The position numbers and the translations under genes are program-made. The notes below the pieces were generated by a model, which had not been told where the DNA came from, made no database searches, and saw nothing but the letters and a program-made list of their open reading frames with translations. DNA of 64,000 nt, from positions 1 through 64,000 of the forward strand of contig JBJOKS010000024.1 of the NCBI GenBank assembly GCA_046045965.1, given 5' to 3'. The stretch comes from Cyanobacteriota bacterium (GTDB taxonomy: Bacteria; Cyanobacteriota; Cyanobacteriia; Cyanobacteriales; Nostocaceae). Positions 9,249 to 19,490 of this stretch are shown here, one piece after another (the first letter of the stretch is position 1; each line of letters opens with the position of its first letter).

Positions 9249-9968
9249 CTATTCATTCAATATTGGATTTTCTGATTGTATAGTTGGTTTTTCTAGCTTT
9301 ATTTCATCAGCTTCAAGATGTGAATAAAGTAACAAATTAATTTGTTCCCAAGCCAATGTGGAAAAATAAGTAAACCAAAAATTAATTCCCAAGAATTTAA
9401 AGGTATCTTCCAAATTGATTAATTTATTATTAAATATTGTATCGTCCAACACATCTAAAAATACAGACAATGCGAAACATCCAATTGCTGCCAATAAAAT
9501 AATAAACTGAGATTTTGCTATTAAAGAAAGGTATTTAATTAATATCCTCACTGCAATTATTATATAAGTCATATAAATACAGTAGTCTGCAAACCCAAAA
9601 TATTCATCCAAAGTCTCATGTAGCATGAATAGATCATCAATCATTAACAAAAAAGTTAAAATTCCAGACCATAAAAATAAAGCAGCATATTTACGGAAAG
9701 GTTTAATCTTGTTCAGGATTAAGTAAGTTCCAAAACAAATTGTTGCGCTTGCACAAAACATCAAGGCTCCGATGTTTGAGAATAAGCCTACATAACCCGG
9801 TAATTTAGCTACAGCCAATGGATCAGCAATAAATGAATAAACTGGTAAATCAGTAATTGAAATACCAATTTTGATCACGACAGCCAATGGTGTGAGAGTA
9901 GCTAAAACTACTAAAATTAAGATTCTGATTTGCTGCTGAAAATTAGGTATACCGTTGATTTTTTTCAT
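9249..9968 (-). CDS. Multi-TM membrane protein, hypothetical, downstream of the EPS cluster
   Basis: About seven hydrophobic helices; DDLFMLHE and EDTFKFLG motifs. Start placed at MKKING; the track extends to 10052. Confidence 0.7.
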   Translation of the reverse strand: MKKINGIPNFQQQIRILILVVLATLTPLAVVIKIGISITDLPVYSFIADPLAVAKLPGYVGLFSNIGALMFCASATICFGTYLILNKIKPFRKYAALFLWSGILTFLLMIDDLFMLHETLDEYFGFADYCIYMTYIIIAVRILIKYLSLIAKSQFIILLAAIGCFALSVFLDVLDDTIFNNKLINLEDTFKFLGINFWFTYFSTLAWEQINLLLYSHLEADEIKLEKPTIQSENPILNE

Positions 9969-10425
9969 TGCTTTGATGTAATTAAATGCTAAAAATGTAT
10001 AAAAAACTCTGGTGAAATCTGCACAACAGCTTACCACACGTGACTTTTGCATCCTCCTGTTTGGATTTTCTGTATATCTGGTATTTTAAGTATTTTAAGT
10101 ATTAATTGTATTGATTGATACTACTGTTCAATAAAAATACTTTGGATGTCAAAAATGATTCAGTTTTTTAACCATTTTTCATCATTTTTTAAATTGGAGT
10201 TAACCTTAAGTTAAATAAAATAAACTAACAGAGGTCAATGAGTAATTATTAGATTTGTAATAAAACTTTACATACAGCAGCTTATACCTATCCTCAGTCA
10301 TGAGGAAAACTCTTTTGGTGCAAAGCTTTGTGATTAAAATTAGTACCGCATTTACAGCAGGAGTCAGAAGTCAAACTCAGTTGTAGCTTCAGTTTCATTT
10401 TTCATTACACATCTTTATAAATGAA

Positions 10426-10455
10426 TGCAGAGACGCTACATACAACGTCTCTACA
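10426..10455. repeat. REP-like palindrome, GTAGAGACG...CGTCTCTAC family
   Basis: TGCAGAGACG-CTACATACAA-CGTCTCTACA. Partial copy near 46770-46784 and degenerate in-frame copy at 23457-23484. Confidence 0.7.
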
Positions 10456-10473
10456 AGAATTTTGGGGTCTCCT

Positions 10474-10785
10474 TTATTTCTGGATGAGTTTTTTCAACGT
10501 TCTCCCATATTTTTTCCACATTCTCATTTTATTGATGAAAAAAGGATGACCCGATGGTAATTTAGGCATTAAATCTTCACGCGCTACATATCTTCCATCA
10601 CCAGCATCATAGTTGAATTGAGATGCCTCAACAATTTTTTGTTTCCACTCTTCCCCAGATATTTCCCAATTACTCTTGTCACTAGATTGAGATTCATGAA
10701 TAAAACTACTACTACCTTTTTTTCTGGCTTGGAGGCGTACACTAATACGTTTTTGCATTTGCTGAGGTGAACGGTATTGATAATT
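10474..10785 (-). pseudogene. 3' remnant of a glycosyltransferase-like gene
   Basis: Reading upstream of the track ATG gives ...NYQYRSPQQMQKRISVR, resembling the H/N-YQYRSP-x-Q motif found late in GT2-like (Glyco_tranf_2_4/GT92-type) proteins. An in-frame stop occurs about 20 codons above and there is no catalytic N-terminus. Confidence 0.55.
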
Positions 10786-10822
10786 GTCAAAATGTAGGTG
10801 TATGAAAACAAAATACTAAAGA

Positions 10823-12241
10823 TTAAACTTTACGCTGACGAGATCGCACCAATGACCATAATTCTACTATGATTTTCCTTACATTTGCATTTATAGACAA
10901 CAGTAAAGCATAGCTAATAGCTAAAATGAGAAAATTAGTTAAAGTTGGGAACCAAATACTAGCAAACAATGGTGGAATAGCCGCTAAAAATATCCAGAAA
11001 ACATTCCAGTAATTAGGAGAACCATAAACTTTAGTAAATGATCTGTGAATTAAGAAATAGCCCGGTAATGCTATGATTTCAGCTGCTCCATATCCCCAAA
11101 GTCCCAACAAGGGTATCATAATCAAACAACTTAACCAAAGCACTCCAATATATCCAATATGAAAAACTGCAACTTCCCGATTGTATCCGGCTGCATAAAG
11201 TGTAGAGCTATGCAAATCGAAAATCGAGCCTACAGATGCAGCCAAGGCAAGGATAGGAAATATTTGTGCACTGAGGAGCCATTTATTACCAAACAACGTG
11301 GGAATTAGCCAAGTACCACAACAGGAGAAAGATGCACAAACTATTCCCATCAACAGAGCTTGATAAGCCATTCCCTTACTAATTGTACGTCGTGTAGCTC
11401 CTGGATCATCAATTAATTTTGCCATAACACTTAATGACATTCTGTTGATCACAGATCGTAAAAGAGAAAGCTGTTGCAGCATTCTGGTAGCGATATTGGC
11501 AATTCCCGCTGCTTCAATTCCAGCTAATCTACTAACAAATAAAGGTATAGTCAGAGATTTTAAACTAAAAACCCAGTTAGAAAAATAAAATATTGAACCA
11601 TATTGAATCGCAGGTTTTAAAAACTGCCAATTCCAAACCAAGCGCCAACCAATTGGATAATAGTAAAATGATAAGACTGCAAAAACAAGAAATTGCAATA
11701 TCGTACCAGCAATAGGACCCCAATAACCCCTGTTCATCAACACCAAAGCTATTGATAATAAATAGTTTGCACTTTGAGCGATCGCATCAATCAAACCAAC
11801 TTGCTTAAAATTTAATTCACGCTCCTGCATACTTGCAGGTACACTACCAATCATATCTAACCAAACTGCTGGTACTAACCACTGCAATAGTTCACCAACA
11901 GTATCCTGTCCTGTAGACCAACTAAATATAGGAGTCGCTAACCACAATATGCAGCAGAAAAGAATACCTACAGTATTGTAAAAGCAGAGAATTTGCTGCA
12001 CTCCATCCTCTGATAAATCAGGTTGTCTGACTATATAAGCTCCTAGACCCATTCTCCCTGACCACTTCAAGAAATAAAAAATTCCTAACGATGTGGTAAC
12101 AATTCCGTAATCTTTTGGTCCTAGTATTCTGGCAACAAATAATGCACTTACTAACGATAAACCTGATGCTAGTAATTGTTGAATAGTTAAGTAGATACTA
12201 CCTTGAATGACCTTTTTTTTAAGGTTGTTAGAAGAATCCAT
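10823..12241 (-). CDS. wzx: Wzx oligosaccharide flippase
   Basis: ARILGPKDYG, about 12 TM helices, ERELNFK; lies in an EPS cluster. Confidence 0.88.
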   Translation of the reverse strand: MDSSNNLKKKVIQGSIYLTIQQLLASGLSLVSALFVARILGPKDYGIVTTSLGIFYFLKWSGRMGLGAYIVRQPDLSEDGVQQILCFYNTVGILFCCILWLATPIFSWSTGQDTVGELLQWLVPAVWLDMIGSVPASMQERELNFKQVGLIDAIAQSANYLLSIALVLMNRGYWGPIAGTILQFLVFAVLSFYYYPIGWRLVWNWQFLKPAIQYGSIFYFSNWVFSLKSLTIPLFVSRLAGIEAAGIANIATRMLQQLSLLRSVINRMSLSVMAKLIDDPGATRRTISKGMAYQALLMGIVCASFSCCGTWLIPTLFGNKWLLSAQIFPILALAASVGSIFDLHSSTLYAAGYNREVAVFHIGYIGVLWLSCLIMIPLLGLWGYGAAEIIALPGYFLIHRSFTKVYGSPNYWNVFWIFLAAIPPLFASIWFPTLTNFLILAISYALLLSINANVRKIIVELWSLVRSRQRKV

Positions 12242-12339
12242 TAGTTTGGCTAATTATTGACAAAATTAACTTTTAAAAATTAGACAATACCCGTAAATTT
12301 TTACTGAATAAGCTCATCAATAAAAATTAACTATTATTA

Positions 12340-13302
12340 CTATCCTGAAAAATTCACAAAACTACTCTTAAGGCTATACATTAAATCCCGAATTTTTTTG
12401 TATCCATTAATTCCCAAAAATCTTACTAACATAATTGCCAGGTTAAAACGCAGATATTCCGGTGAGAACTTTAACTGCGGATAGTAGTTAAGTCCTTGAT
12501 TGAAGTAATACCTTGCCTGTTGATAATCACCACTGGGGGATTGTAATATTTTCCAAGCTATACGCAGGTTAGCAAACCCGTAACTACGGTTTTTTATATG
12601 CTGTTTATCCTGGGGCAGATCAGCAAAAGATTTTTCAAAAATAATATGATAATTTTTTTCCATTACCTGCCAATTTTTAGACCGATTATTTGGGTGGTCG
12701 CGATAATATACTAAAGGTTCTTTAATAACTTGGAATTTATATTTATAAGCAATGCGTAACCACATATCCCAATCTTGGGCATAAGCAAGAATCGGATCAA
12801 AACTTCCTACATTCTCAAAGCAAATTCGACGAGTCATAGGATTACTACCACACTCCATGATATTGTGTTCTAATATTTGTTCCCAAACGTATTCTTCTGG
12901 ATAATTTTCGCGAACTTTACTGCGAATTTTCCCTTGATCATCAATTGAACCGACCCAGCTATAAACCAAACCCACATCTGGGTTAGCATCCAAAATATGC
13001 ACCTGTTTTTCTAATTTCCCTGCATCCCATAAATCATCAGCATCTAGAAAAGCAATATATTCTCCTTGAGCATGAGCAATCCCGGTATTACGAGCAACGG
13101 CAGGACCTTGATTAGCTTGGGAAATGAATTTAAACCGCGCATCTTTAATTTTATTAGCCCACTGTTCAATGTGATCAGAACTACCATCATTGACAACAAT
13201 TAATTCAAAATCACTAAAAGTTTGTTGGAAAACACTATCTACTGTGATCGGAAGATAAGACATTGCATTGTAGGCAGGAATAATTACTGAAACTTTTGGC
13301 AT
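12340..13302 (-). CDS. Glycosyltransferase family 2
   Basis: VSVIIPAYN, VNDGSSD, ARNTG, AFLDADD, QDWDMW. Confidence 0.93.
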   Translation of the reverse strand: MPKVSVIIPAYNAMSYLPITVDSVFQQTFSDFELIVVNDGSSDHIEQWANKIKDARFKFISQANQGPAVARNTGIAHAQGEYIAFLDADDLWDAGKLEKQVHILDANPDVGLVYSWVGSIDDQGKIRSKVRENYPEEYVWEQILEHNIMECGSNPMTRRICFENVGSFDPILAYAQDWDMWLRIAYKYKFQVIKEPLVYYRDHPNNRSKNWQVMEKNYHIIFEKSFADLPQDKQHIKNRSYGFANLRIAWKILQSPSGDYQQARYYFNQGLNYYPQLKFSPEYLRFNLAIMLVRFLGINGYKKIRDLMYSLKSSFVNFSG

Positions 13303-13336
13303 AAATCGAAGCTCCTCTTGTGATTTAATTAATAAA

Positions 13337-14473
13337 TTAAATTTTATTGATAGTTTCTATCATTTTTTGAGCAACTACTTGCCAATTTAGTTGATTTTTT
13401 ACTTTCTCCATAGCATGAATTGACATCTTTTCTAAAACATCTTGATGAGACAATAAATAGATCATTTGACTAGCTAGTTGATCCACAGTAGGTTGAGGAA
13501 TAACCAATCCATTAATTTCGTGTTCAATAATTTCTGGCATTCCATCTTGTTCAGAGACAATACAAGGTACTCCATAATTCATAGATTCGATCAGAAATAG
13601 TGGTAAAGGCTCACAACGTGCTGGTGAAACAACTATGTCTGTTTTCAGAAACAAATCTTGCATTTCTGTAGAGGAAGAAATGTACCCTCGATTGTCAATA
13701 CCATCCTCATTGATGGATAAATTTTGTCCGACTATGACTAATTTTGCTTCAGGAATAACTTGTTTAACTTGTTTGAAAGCTGCTAATAGCAAGTCACCAC
13801 CTTTGCGTTCAAAATCAGAACCATTAAACAGAATTTGTTTACTACCAAACTGTTTATCTCCTGGAAAGGGTTCTAAAAAGTTACCCGAAGGATATACAAC
13901 TGTGATTTTATCAGGATTAATTCCATAATCTGCCATTAGAGAAGACTTGACCTTCTTATTTGTAGTAAAAATATGACTAGCATTGTCATAACTGCGACAT
14001 TCACATTCTTTCCACTTTTGAAAATCTTCGTCAGTTGTAAAAGGAGCCCAAGGAGTCCAATTATCCCTTGCTAATGCCATTGTATAATCTAAGTAAATTA
14101 CATAAGGAATGTCAAATTTATCCCAAAAGGGAGTAAACATTCCGTAAATATGAAATACTAAATCTGGCGTGTAGCTTAAATTTCTAATTTTCTGTTCTAT
14201 TTTTTGTGATCTGCTGATAAAAGTTTGATGTTTTTTCAAAATGCTACTAGCATTTTTTATGGGTAAAAAAGGAAATTTAATCAAAATTGATTTAGCAATT
14301 TTTTTAAGAAACTTTGAGTTAATTATTTCTTCTGTCCAAATGTAATCTAGTGAATTATCGAATGAATTCATTTTTTGAAATAAAAATTTATTTCTATCAA
14401 TCATAAATTTATCACCAGTAACTACCATTTTTTTAACTTGCATAAGTTTCACCTCTTTAACATTATTTTTCAC
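13337..14473 (-). CDS. Glycosyltransferase family 4
   Basis: FERKGG, EPLPLFLIESMNYGVPC (E-x7-E motif). Exact start uncertain. Confidence 0.88.
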   Translation of the reverse strand: MKNNVKEVKLMQVKKMVVTGDKFMIDRNKFLFQKMNSFDNSLDYIWTEEIINSKFLKKIAKSILIKFPFLPIKNASSILKKHQTFISRSQKIEQKIRNLSYTPDLVFHIYGMFTPFWDKFDIPYVIYLDYTMALARDNWTPWAPFTTDEDFQKWKECECRSYDNASHIFTTNKKVKSSLMADYGINPDKITVVYPSGNFLEPFPGDKQFGSKQILFNGSDFERKGGDLLLAAFKQVKQVIPEAKLVIVGQNLSINEDGIDNRGYISSSTEMQDLFLKTDIVVSPARCEPLPLFLIESMNYGVPCIVSEQDGMPEIIEHEINGLVIPQPTVDQLASQMIYLLSHQDVLEKMSIHAMEKVKNQLNWQVVAQKMIETINKI

Positions 14474-14496
14474 GAAAAATTTATTAAATAAATAAT

Positions 14497-15948
14497 TTAG
14501 GAATTATTTACATCTTCCATTTCTGTCTGTTGCTGCCAATCCCAACCTAAAATAGCCAAAATAGTTGACCAATAGAAAAATAAAGTTGTGTGACTCCAGA
14601 TATTTTCCGTAATCATGCCAAAAGTGAGTGCTGCGAAAACACCAATCATAGATAAACAAAGATTTCTGTGAGAACTGCCTTTGGGTGAGGAAAGCAGCAA
14701 TTGAAAGCAGCGGAAAAAATTGGCTAACAGAAAAATTATATAAGTAATAAAACCAATAATTCCTCCCTCAACTAATGCTCTTACATAGTCATTATGAGCA
14801 TAATTATGAAAATAACTAAGTACAGATGTTGTTGCCAACCCATATCCTAAAATTGGAGATTCTTGCCAAACTTGTAATAGAGAAGTCCATTGAGCCAACC
14901 GCCAATTAAAACTGTTACCGTCTGACTGAGACAGCAAAATTGAACGAGATATATCCATATCTGGATTTAGCAAGGGTGTTTCAGCGATAGATGCAAGTCT
15001 TTCTCTGCCAAACTCTGTACTTCCATATAAACCAATGATTACTACGAAAAGAATGACTCCACCCAATATTGTTAAAGGTGTTAATCGCGGAGTAATGAGA
15101 ACCACAATAAATATAAATGTCATTGCTAAAGCAATCAGAGCTTTGGTACTCACTATGAAAAAAACAAGTCCCCCTATCAATACCAGCCAAAGACCGCGTT
15201 GTTTTGACTGTGTAAGTCGCCAACAAGTTAAACCCATGAACAGTAATAAAAAAGTGGCGAACGTATTTGGATGTCCAAAAGTGCCGTTAATACGGGAAAG
15301 TGATTCAGGGGAAACAAACTCATCAGGAGCAGATGAATAAATGAGAAAAGAAGGAAGTAAAGAAGAGGGAAGAGTTAGCTGAAGTATGGCTGTTGAAAAG
15401 GGAATTATTAGACTCAAAAATAAGGTCTTGATAAAATTTTCAGGATGAATTGTATCTTTTAACTGCATTACCAGGAGATAAACCATAACCCAGGAAAACA
15501 TACGAACCCACTCACGAATAGCGTTTGGCAACTCGGAAGCGCCAATTCCTAAACCTCCCAGGGGCAAGAGCACGACCCACATTCCCTGTACTGCTACCCA
15601 TCCAGCAAAGAACAACCAGAAAGCATCTATTTTGATAGAACGACCTACTAATAAAGAATAGGTTAAATACATTAAAATCAACGCATTTAATCCAATAGCA
15701 AAAGCAGCTGGTATTTGTTGAGCCGAGAAGACATCCAAAGAACTACGTATAATCAACAAACCCAAGACCGCCTGCTCAAATTTAGCAAAAAACCAAATAG
15801 GTACAGCTACAGCTACTAAAGCTATGACTAGTAATAAGGGACGAATACCAGCAAGCAAGCCTACAGCTAGACCCACAAATATACCTAACAACCCAACCCA
15901 GAGTGCTAGATGGAAAGAATAACTTGAGCCTTTCCCAAACATATTCAT
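14497..15948 (-). CDS. wzy: Wzy polymerase / O-antigen ligase family membrane protein
   Basis: RINGTFGHPN, PILGYG, AHNDY...EGGIIG; many TM helices. Confidence 0.85.
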   Translation of the reverse strand: MNMFGKGSSYSFHLALWVGLLGIFVGLAVGLLAGIRPLLLVIALVAVAVPIWFFAKFEQAVLGLLIIRSSLDVFSAQQIPAAFAIGLNALILMYLTYSLLVGRSIKIDAFWLFFAGWVAVQGMWVVLLPLGGLGIGASELPNAIREWVRMFSWVMVYLLVMQLKDTIHPENFIKTLFLSLIIPFSTAILQLTLPSSLLPSFLIYSSAPDEFVSPESLSRINGTFGHPNTFATFLLLFMGLTCWRLTQSKQRGLWLVLIGGLVFFIVSTKALIALAMTFIFIVVLITPRLTPLTILGGVILFVVIIGLYGSTEFGRERLASIAETPLLNPDMDISRSILLSQSDGNSFNWRLAQWTSLLQVWQESPILGYGLATTSVLSYFHNYAHNDYVRALVEGGIIGFITYIIFLLANFFRCFQLLLSSPKGSSHRNLCLSMIGVFAALTFGMITENIWSHTTLFFYWSTILAILGWDWQQQTEMEDVNNS

Positions 15949-18122
15949 TTAGACCTCAAACCGTTGGTGGTATTTTCCTTGCTGCTTCCTAGTGAGGCAA
16001 GTCGCTGGAACTGCTTTGACAATATAGGTTTATTAGCATTTATGGGATACCGATAATGCTTTTGGCTTGCATCTTTAATATCATTTACAACTAATCCCAA
16101 AATATTTATGCCATTTTTTGCTAATTCTGAGACTGTTCTTTGCAGAATTTCTTTGATACTAACTCTTGGACGCGCAATTATGAGAACAGCATCACTTAAT
16201 TTACCGAGTGTATAAGCATCCGCAGAAACATTGACAGGTGCGGTATCTATAATTATGGTTTCATATTTTAACCTTGCTTCTGCAATCAAATATCTCATGG
16301 TGTCTGATTCCAGCAACAGGGAAGAATGACCACGTAATTCGCCACTGGTTAAGACTGAGAGATTCTCTATATCTGTGGGTTGCACCATATCCAGCAAGGA
16401 TTTTCTTTCGGTGATACCATCAGTAATCCCAGGCTTTAATGGTAAATTAAAGAGGCTGTGTTGACATGGTTGAGTTAGGTCTGCATCAATGATTAATGTG
16501 CGTCGATACAACATGGCTGAAACAGCAGCTAAATGAGCTACTACCACGGACTTTCCCTCTCCCGCTAAGGCACTAGTTACTAGAATAGTTTTTACTTGAT
16601 CAGAACTGCGGAAGTCGATGTTTTTCAATAACATCCGATAAGGTTCAACCAAGCCCACATCATCAAGAAATGTTTCTGCTGCTTCCAGACTCAGCCCAAT
16701 CAGGGGCAGACTTGGTAAAGCTCCCAGAACTGGCAGTTGTAGAAGTTTTTCTGCTTCCGAACCATCATGTAATGTTTTATCCAAAAGTTCCAACAGCAGT
16801 ATTATGCTGATGGCTAAAATGCTGCCAAATACAGTAGCAATTACTAATATGGCCAGTGGCTTTGGCGCTGTGGGTTTGGTTGGTATTTTTGCTTCGTCGA
16901 TCATCCTGAGATTGCTAACTTTTTGGGCTTCAGCAACCCGTGCTTCTTCTAGTTTGGTTTGCAATAATTTGAGGGATACTGCTGCTTCTTCTCTTTCGCG
17001 GGTGAGTACGGTTAGTGACTGCTGTTTAATTGGTAGTTCTGCTAACCTAGCTTGAAGATTGGTTTTTATAGATTGGAGGATGTTAAGCTGATTGGCAACT
17101 GCCAAACTTTCAATTTCATTGGTAATTAGCTCAGAGAAAAGAGTTTGACTGAGTTGATCCGCCGCAACTTTGCTAGGAGAAATGGTGGCATTACCATCTG
17201 AGATCCGATTAAGTTCCTGAGTGTACAAGCCACGGATAGCATCCCGTTCTTTCACTAAAGAAATCACTGTGGGATGATCATCGGTAAAGCGCACACGCAT
17301 GGCTAGAAGTTGTGTCTCCAATTCTGATAATCTAGCCTTGAGCTTTTTTAGTTGCTCATCTTGACCACTACGAACAGAACTATAGGCTTTATTAGAGTTT
17401 TCAGCAGTGGTAATTTGCCGCAAAGATTTATCGCGCGATCGCGTTGCTTGTAATTGCGTCAAGAGAGTACGTTCTTGTGCTTCTAAATTCTCTAAACTAT
17501 CGACTAAACTTTTAATTTGGTCAGCCATAGCAACAACACCACTTTGTTGCCTATATTTATTTTCTGCAAATTCTGCTTTTTCGAGCTTTTTACGCGCTAT
17601 TGGTACTTCTTTTTCCAAAAATTCCCGTACTTTTCTGGCTTCAGAGCTAATCACGTGGATATTTTCTTCAATCAGTGCTTGAACAACAGAATTAAGAAGT
17701 TTAGCTGTGAGATTTGGATCTTGGTTTTGATAGCTCAGTTCCAGAATATTTGTAGCTGGGACAATTTTTACCTTCAAAGCTTTCTTGAGTTCTTTGGTGG
17801 TAGGTGCATTGGCAATTGCCGCACTATTAGATGGGGGAAAAACCTTAGCTAATGCTTTTGAGGTAACAGTTTCTGATTTGACTAATTCAGCTTGGTCTGC
17901 TAATGGATTACCTTTACCTGGAGGTGCTTGTTTCAAATCCCTTTCCAATTCAGAAATATTTACCCTTTTGTCATCCAGCATGATTCTGGCTGAGGTTTCA
18001 TATACATTGGGGGTAACTTTGAGATAAGCAATAGCGGAAGCGATGACAGCAGTAAATGTAACCACTGCTGGCCAACAACGTCGCTTCCAGACTGCTGGTA
18101 AGGATGAAATAGCTGTCTCCAT
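15945..18122 (-). CDS. wzc: Wzc/GumC polysaccharide co-polymerase with BY-kinase domain
   Basis: Two TM helices flank a coiled-coil region; YTDDHP-like FTDDHP; Walker A ALAGEGKS, A' IIDAD, B IIIDTAP. Overlaps the wzy start (ATGA). Confidence 0.9.
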   Translation of the reverse strand: METAISSLPAVWKRRCWPAVVTFTAVIASAIAYLKVTPNVYETSARIMLDDKRVNISELERDLKQAPPGKGNPLADQAELVKSETVTSKALAKVFPPSNSAAIANAPTTKELKKALKVKIVPATNILELSYQNQDPNLTAKLLNSVVQALIEENIHVISSEARKVREFLEKEVPIARKKLEKAEFAENKYRQQSGVVAMADQIKSLVDSLENLEAQERTLLTQLQATRSRDKSLRQITTAENSNKAYSSVRSGQDEQLKKLKARLSELETQLLAMRVRFTDDHPTVISLVKERDAIRGLYTQELNRISDGNATISPSKVAADQLSQTLFSELITNEIESLAVANQLNILQSIKTNLQARLAELPIKQQSLTVLTREREEAAVSLKLLQTKLEEARVAEAQKVSNLRMIDEAKIPTKPTAPKPLAILVIATVFGSILAISIILLLELLDKTLHDGSEAEKLLQLPVLGALPSLPLIGLSLEAAETFLDDVGLVEPYRMLLKNIDFRSSDQVKTILVTSALAGEGKSVVVAHLAAVSAMLYRRTLIIDADLTQPCQHSLFNLPLKPGITDGITERKSLLDMVQPTDIENLSVLTSGELRGHSSLLLESDTMRYLIAEARLKYETIIIDTAPVNVSADAYTLGKLSDAVLIIARPRVSIKEILQRTVSELAKNGINILGLVVNDIKDASQKHYRYPINANKPILSKQFQRLASLGSSKENTTNGLRSK

Positions 18123-18149
18123 TTAGATATAACCTTTTAGATATAACCT
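18122..18149. repeat. 14-bp perfect tandem duplication over the wzc translation-initiation region
   Basis: (TTTAGATATAACCT)x2. Confidence 0.85.
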
Positions 18150-18216
18150 TGTTTTTTGAAATGGCTGGTAACTTCTTTTTTCCATTCTCTAGTTGCCAAG
18201 CAACAAACTTTTCGAT

Positions 18217-19410
18217 CTAATCCCCACCGCTAACTTTACTAAGTTTACTTTCACTATGTGTAGATATATCTACTGAGCCTGATGAGTTCAAAACGTTTCT
18301 ATATACTAGCAAAGTTTCAGTAGCAATTTTTTCCCAGTTATATTGTTCTTGCACATACCTTTGTGCATTTTTAGCCATGATCGCTAGTTCATGGGGGTGA
18401 TTAATAGACCATTCTAGGGAACGAATACATGAGTCTATATTTCCAACTTCAAATAGCAGCCCTTTACCACCTTGATTTACTAATTCTCGGTGGGGTAGAA
18501 TGTTGCTTCCCAAAACAGGTATACCTTCTCGCATTGCCTCTAGCATTACTAACGGCATTCCCTCTACATCAGAAGGCAGAACAAACAATCCTGCTCCCCG
18601 CATAATTTCCCACAAACGAGCTCCATTTAGTTCACCGACAAATAGGATATCTCGATTGCTAGCAACTTTGTTTAATAGTTTGGCGCTGAATGATCGAGTA
18701 TCACTAACACCTCCAGCCAAAACCAGTTTCCATCCAGGTGGTTTCAAGTCACAGAAGGCTTCAACTAACAAATCAGGACGCTTTTCTGGTACAAGTCTGC
18801 CCAAAAAGAAAATATATTGATTTTGCTTGAGACCTAACCGGGAACCATAGGTAAAGTTGGGATCTGATTCGCCATAACTAGCTGGAGCATTAGGGATGCA
18901 AACTGTCTGACGACCATAAGTTTTTTCAAAGTAAGTTTGCAGTGTTTCCGATACCACAATTAGCTCGTGTGCGAACTTTACTGCTGCCTTTTCTCCCATT
19001 TGAATCAGGCGAGTAGAAAAATTGCCCCACTTAGCACGTTGCCAGTCTAAACCATGACAGGTAACGACTATTTTGGTAGATTTATGAATTCTCGGTAAAC
19101 AAGTAAACAGAGATGGGCCTAAAGCATGGAAATGGACAATATCATACTCTTTGCCAGTAGCAGCGATCGCTCCTAGCATTGAGTTGATGAAGGCATCTAT
19201 TCCTCGTACATTTACACTGGGTAAGGATATGACTCGAACGCCCTGATAATCATACCTCTTAAACAATGAACCATTGGTATAGGATGAGCGAGCGAATAAA
19301 TCTACAGTGTGACCTTGTGCAACCATCCAAGGATAAAGTTCCGCACAATGATGTTCAATGCCGCCTTGCTTAGGAGGTAGACCTTTGGCACCAATTACAG
19401 CTATTTTCAT
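18217..19410 (-). CDS. Glycosyltransferase family 4
   Basis: MKIAVIG..GLP...GGIE, GRLVPEK, EGMPLVMLEAM. Confidence 0.92.
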   Translation of the reverse strand: MKIAVIGAKGLPPKQGGIEHHCAELYPWMVAQGHTVDLFARSSYTNGSLFKRYDYQGVRVISLPSVNVRGIDAFINSMLGAIAATGKEYDIVHFHALGPSLFTCLPRIHKSTKIVVTCHGLDWQRAKWGNFSTRLIQMGEKAAVKFAHELIVVSETLQTYFEKTYGRQTVCIPNAPASYGESDPNFTYGSRLGLKQNQYIFFLGRLVPEKRPDLLVEAFCDLKPPGWKLVLAGGVSDTRSFSAKLLNKVASNRDILFVGELNGARLWEIMRGAGLFVLPSDVEGMPLVMLEAMREGIPVLGSNILPHRELVNQGGKGLLFEVGNIDSCIRSLEWSINHPHELAIMAKNAQRYVQEQYNWEKIATETLLVYRNVLNSSGSVDISTHSESKLSKVSGGD

Positions 19411-19490
19411 AGTTACCTGGTTGTTATTTTAAATAAGAGATATCTTCAAACTTCTGGATCAAATAGCCTATTAGGCTCTGATAAAAGTGT

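Noticed and set aside
10584..10811. 75-aa alternative-frame ORF after wzx
   Set aside because: It overlaps the GT remnant frame, which carries the recognisable motif.
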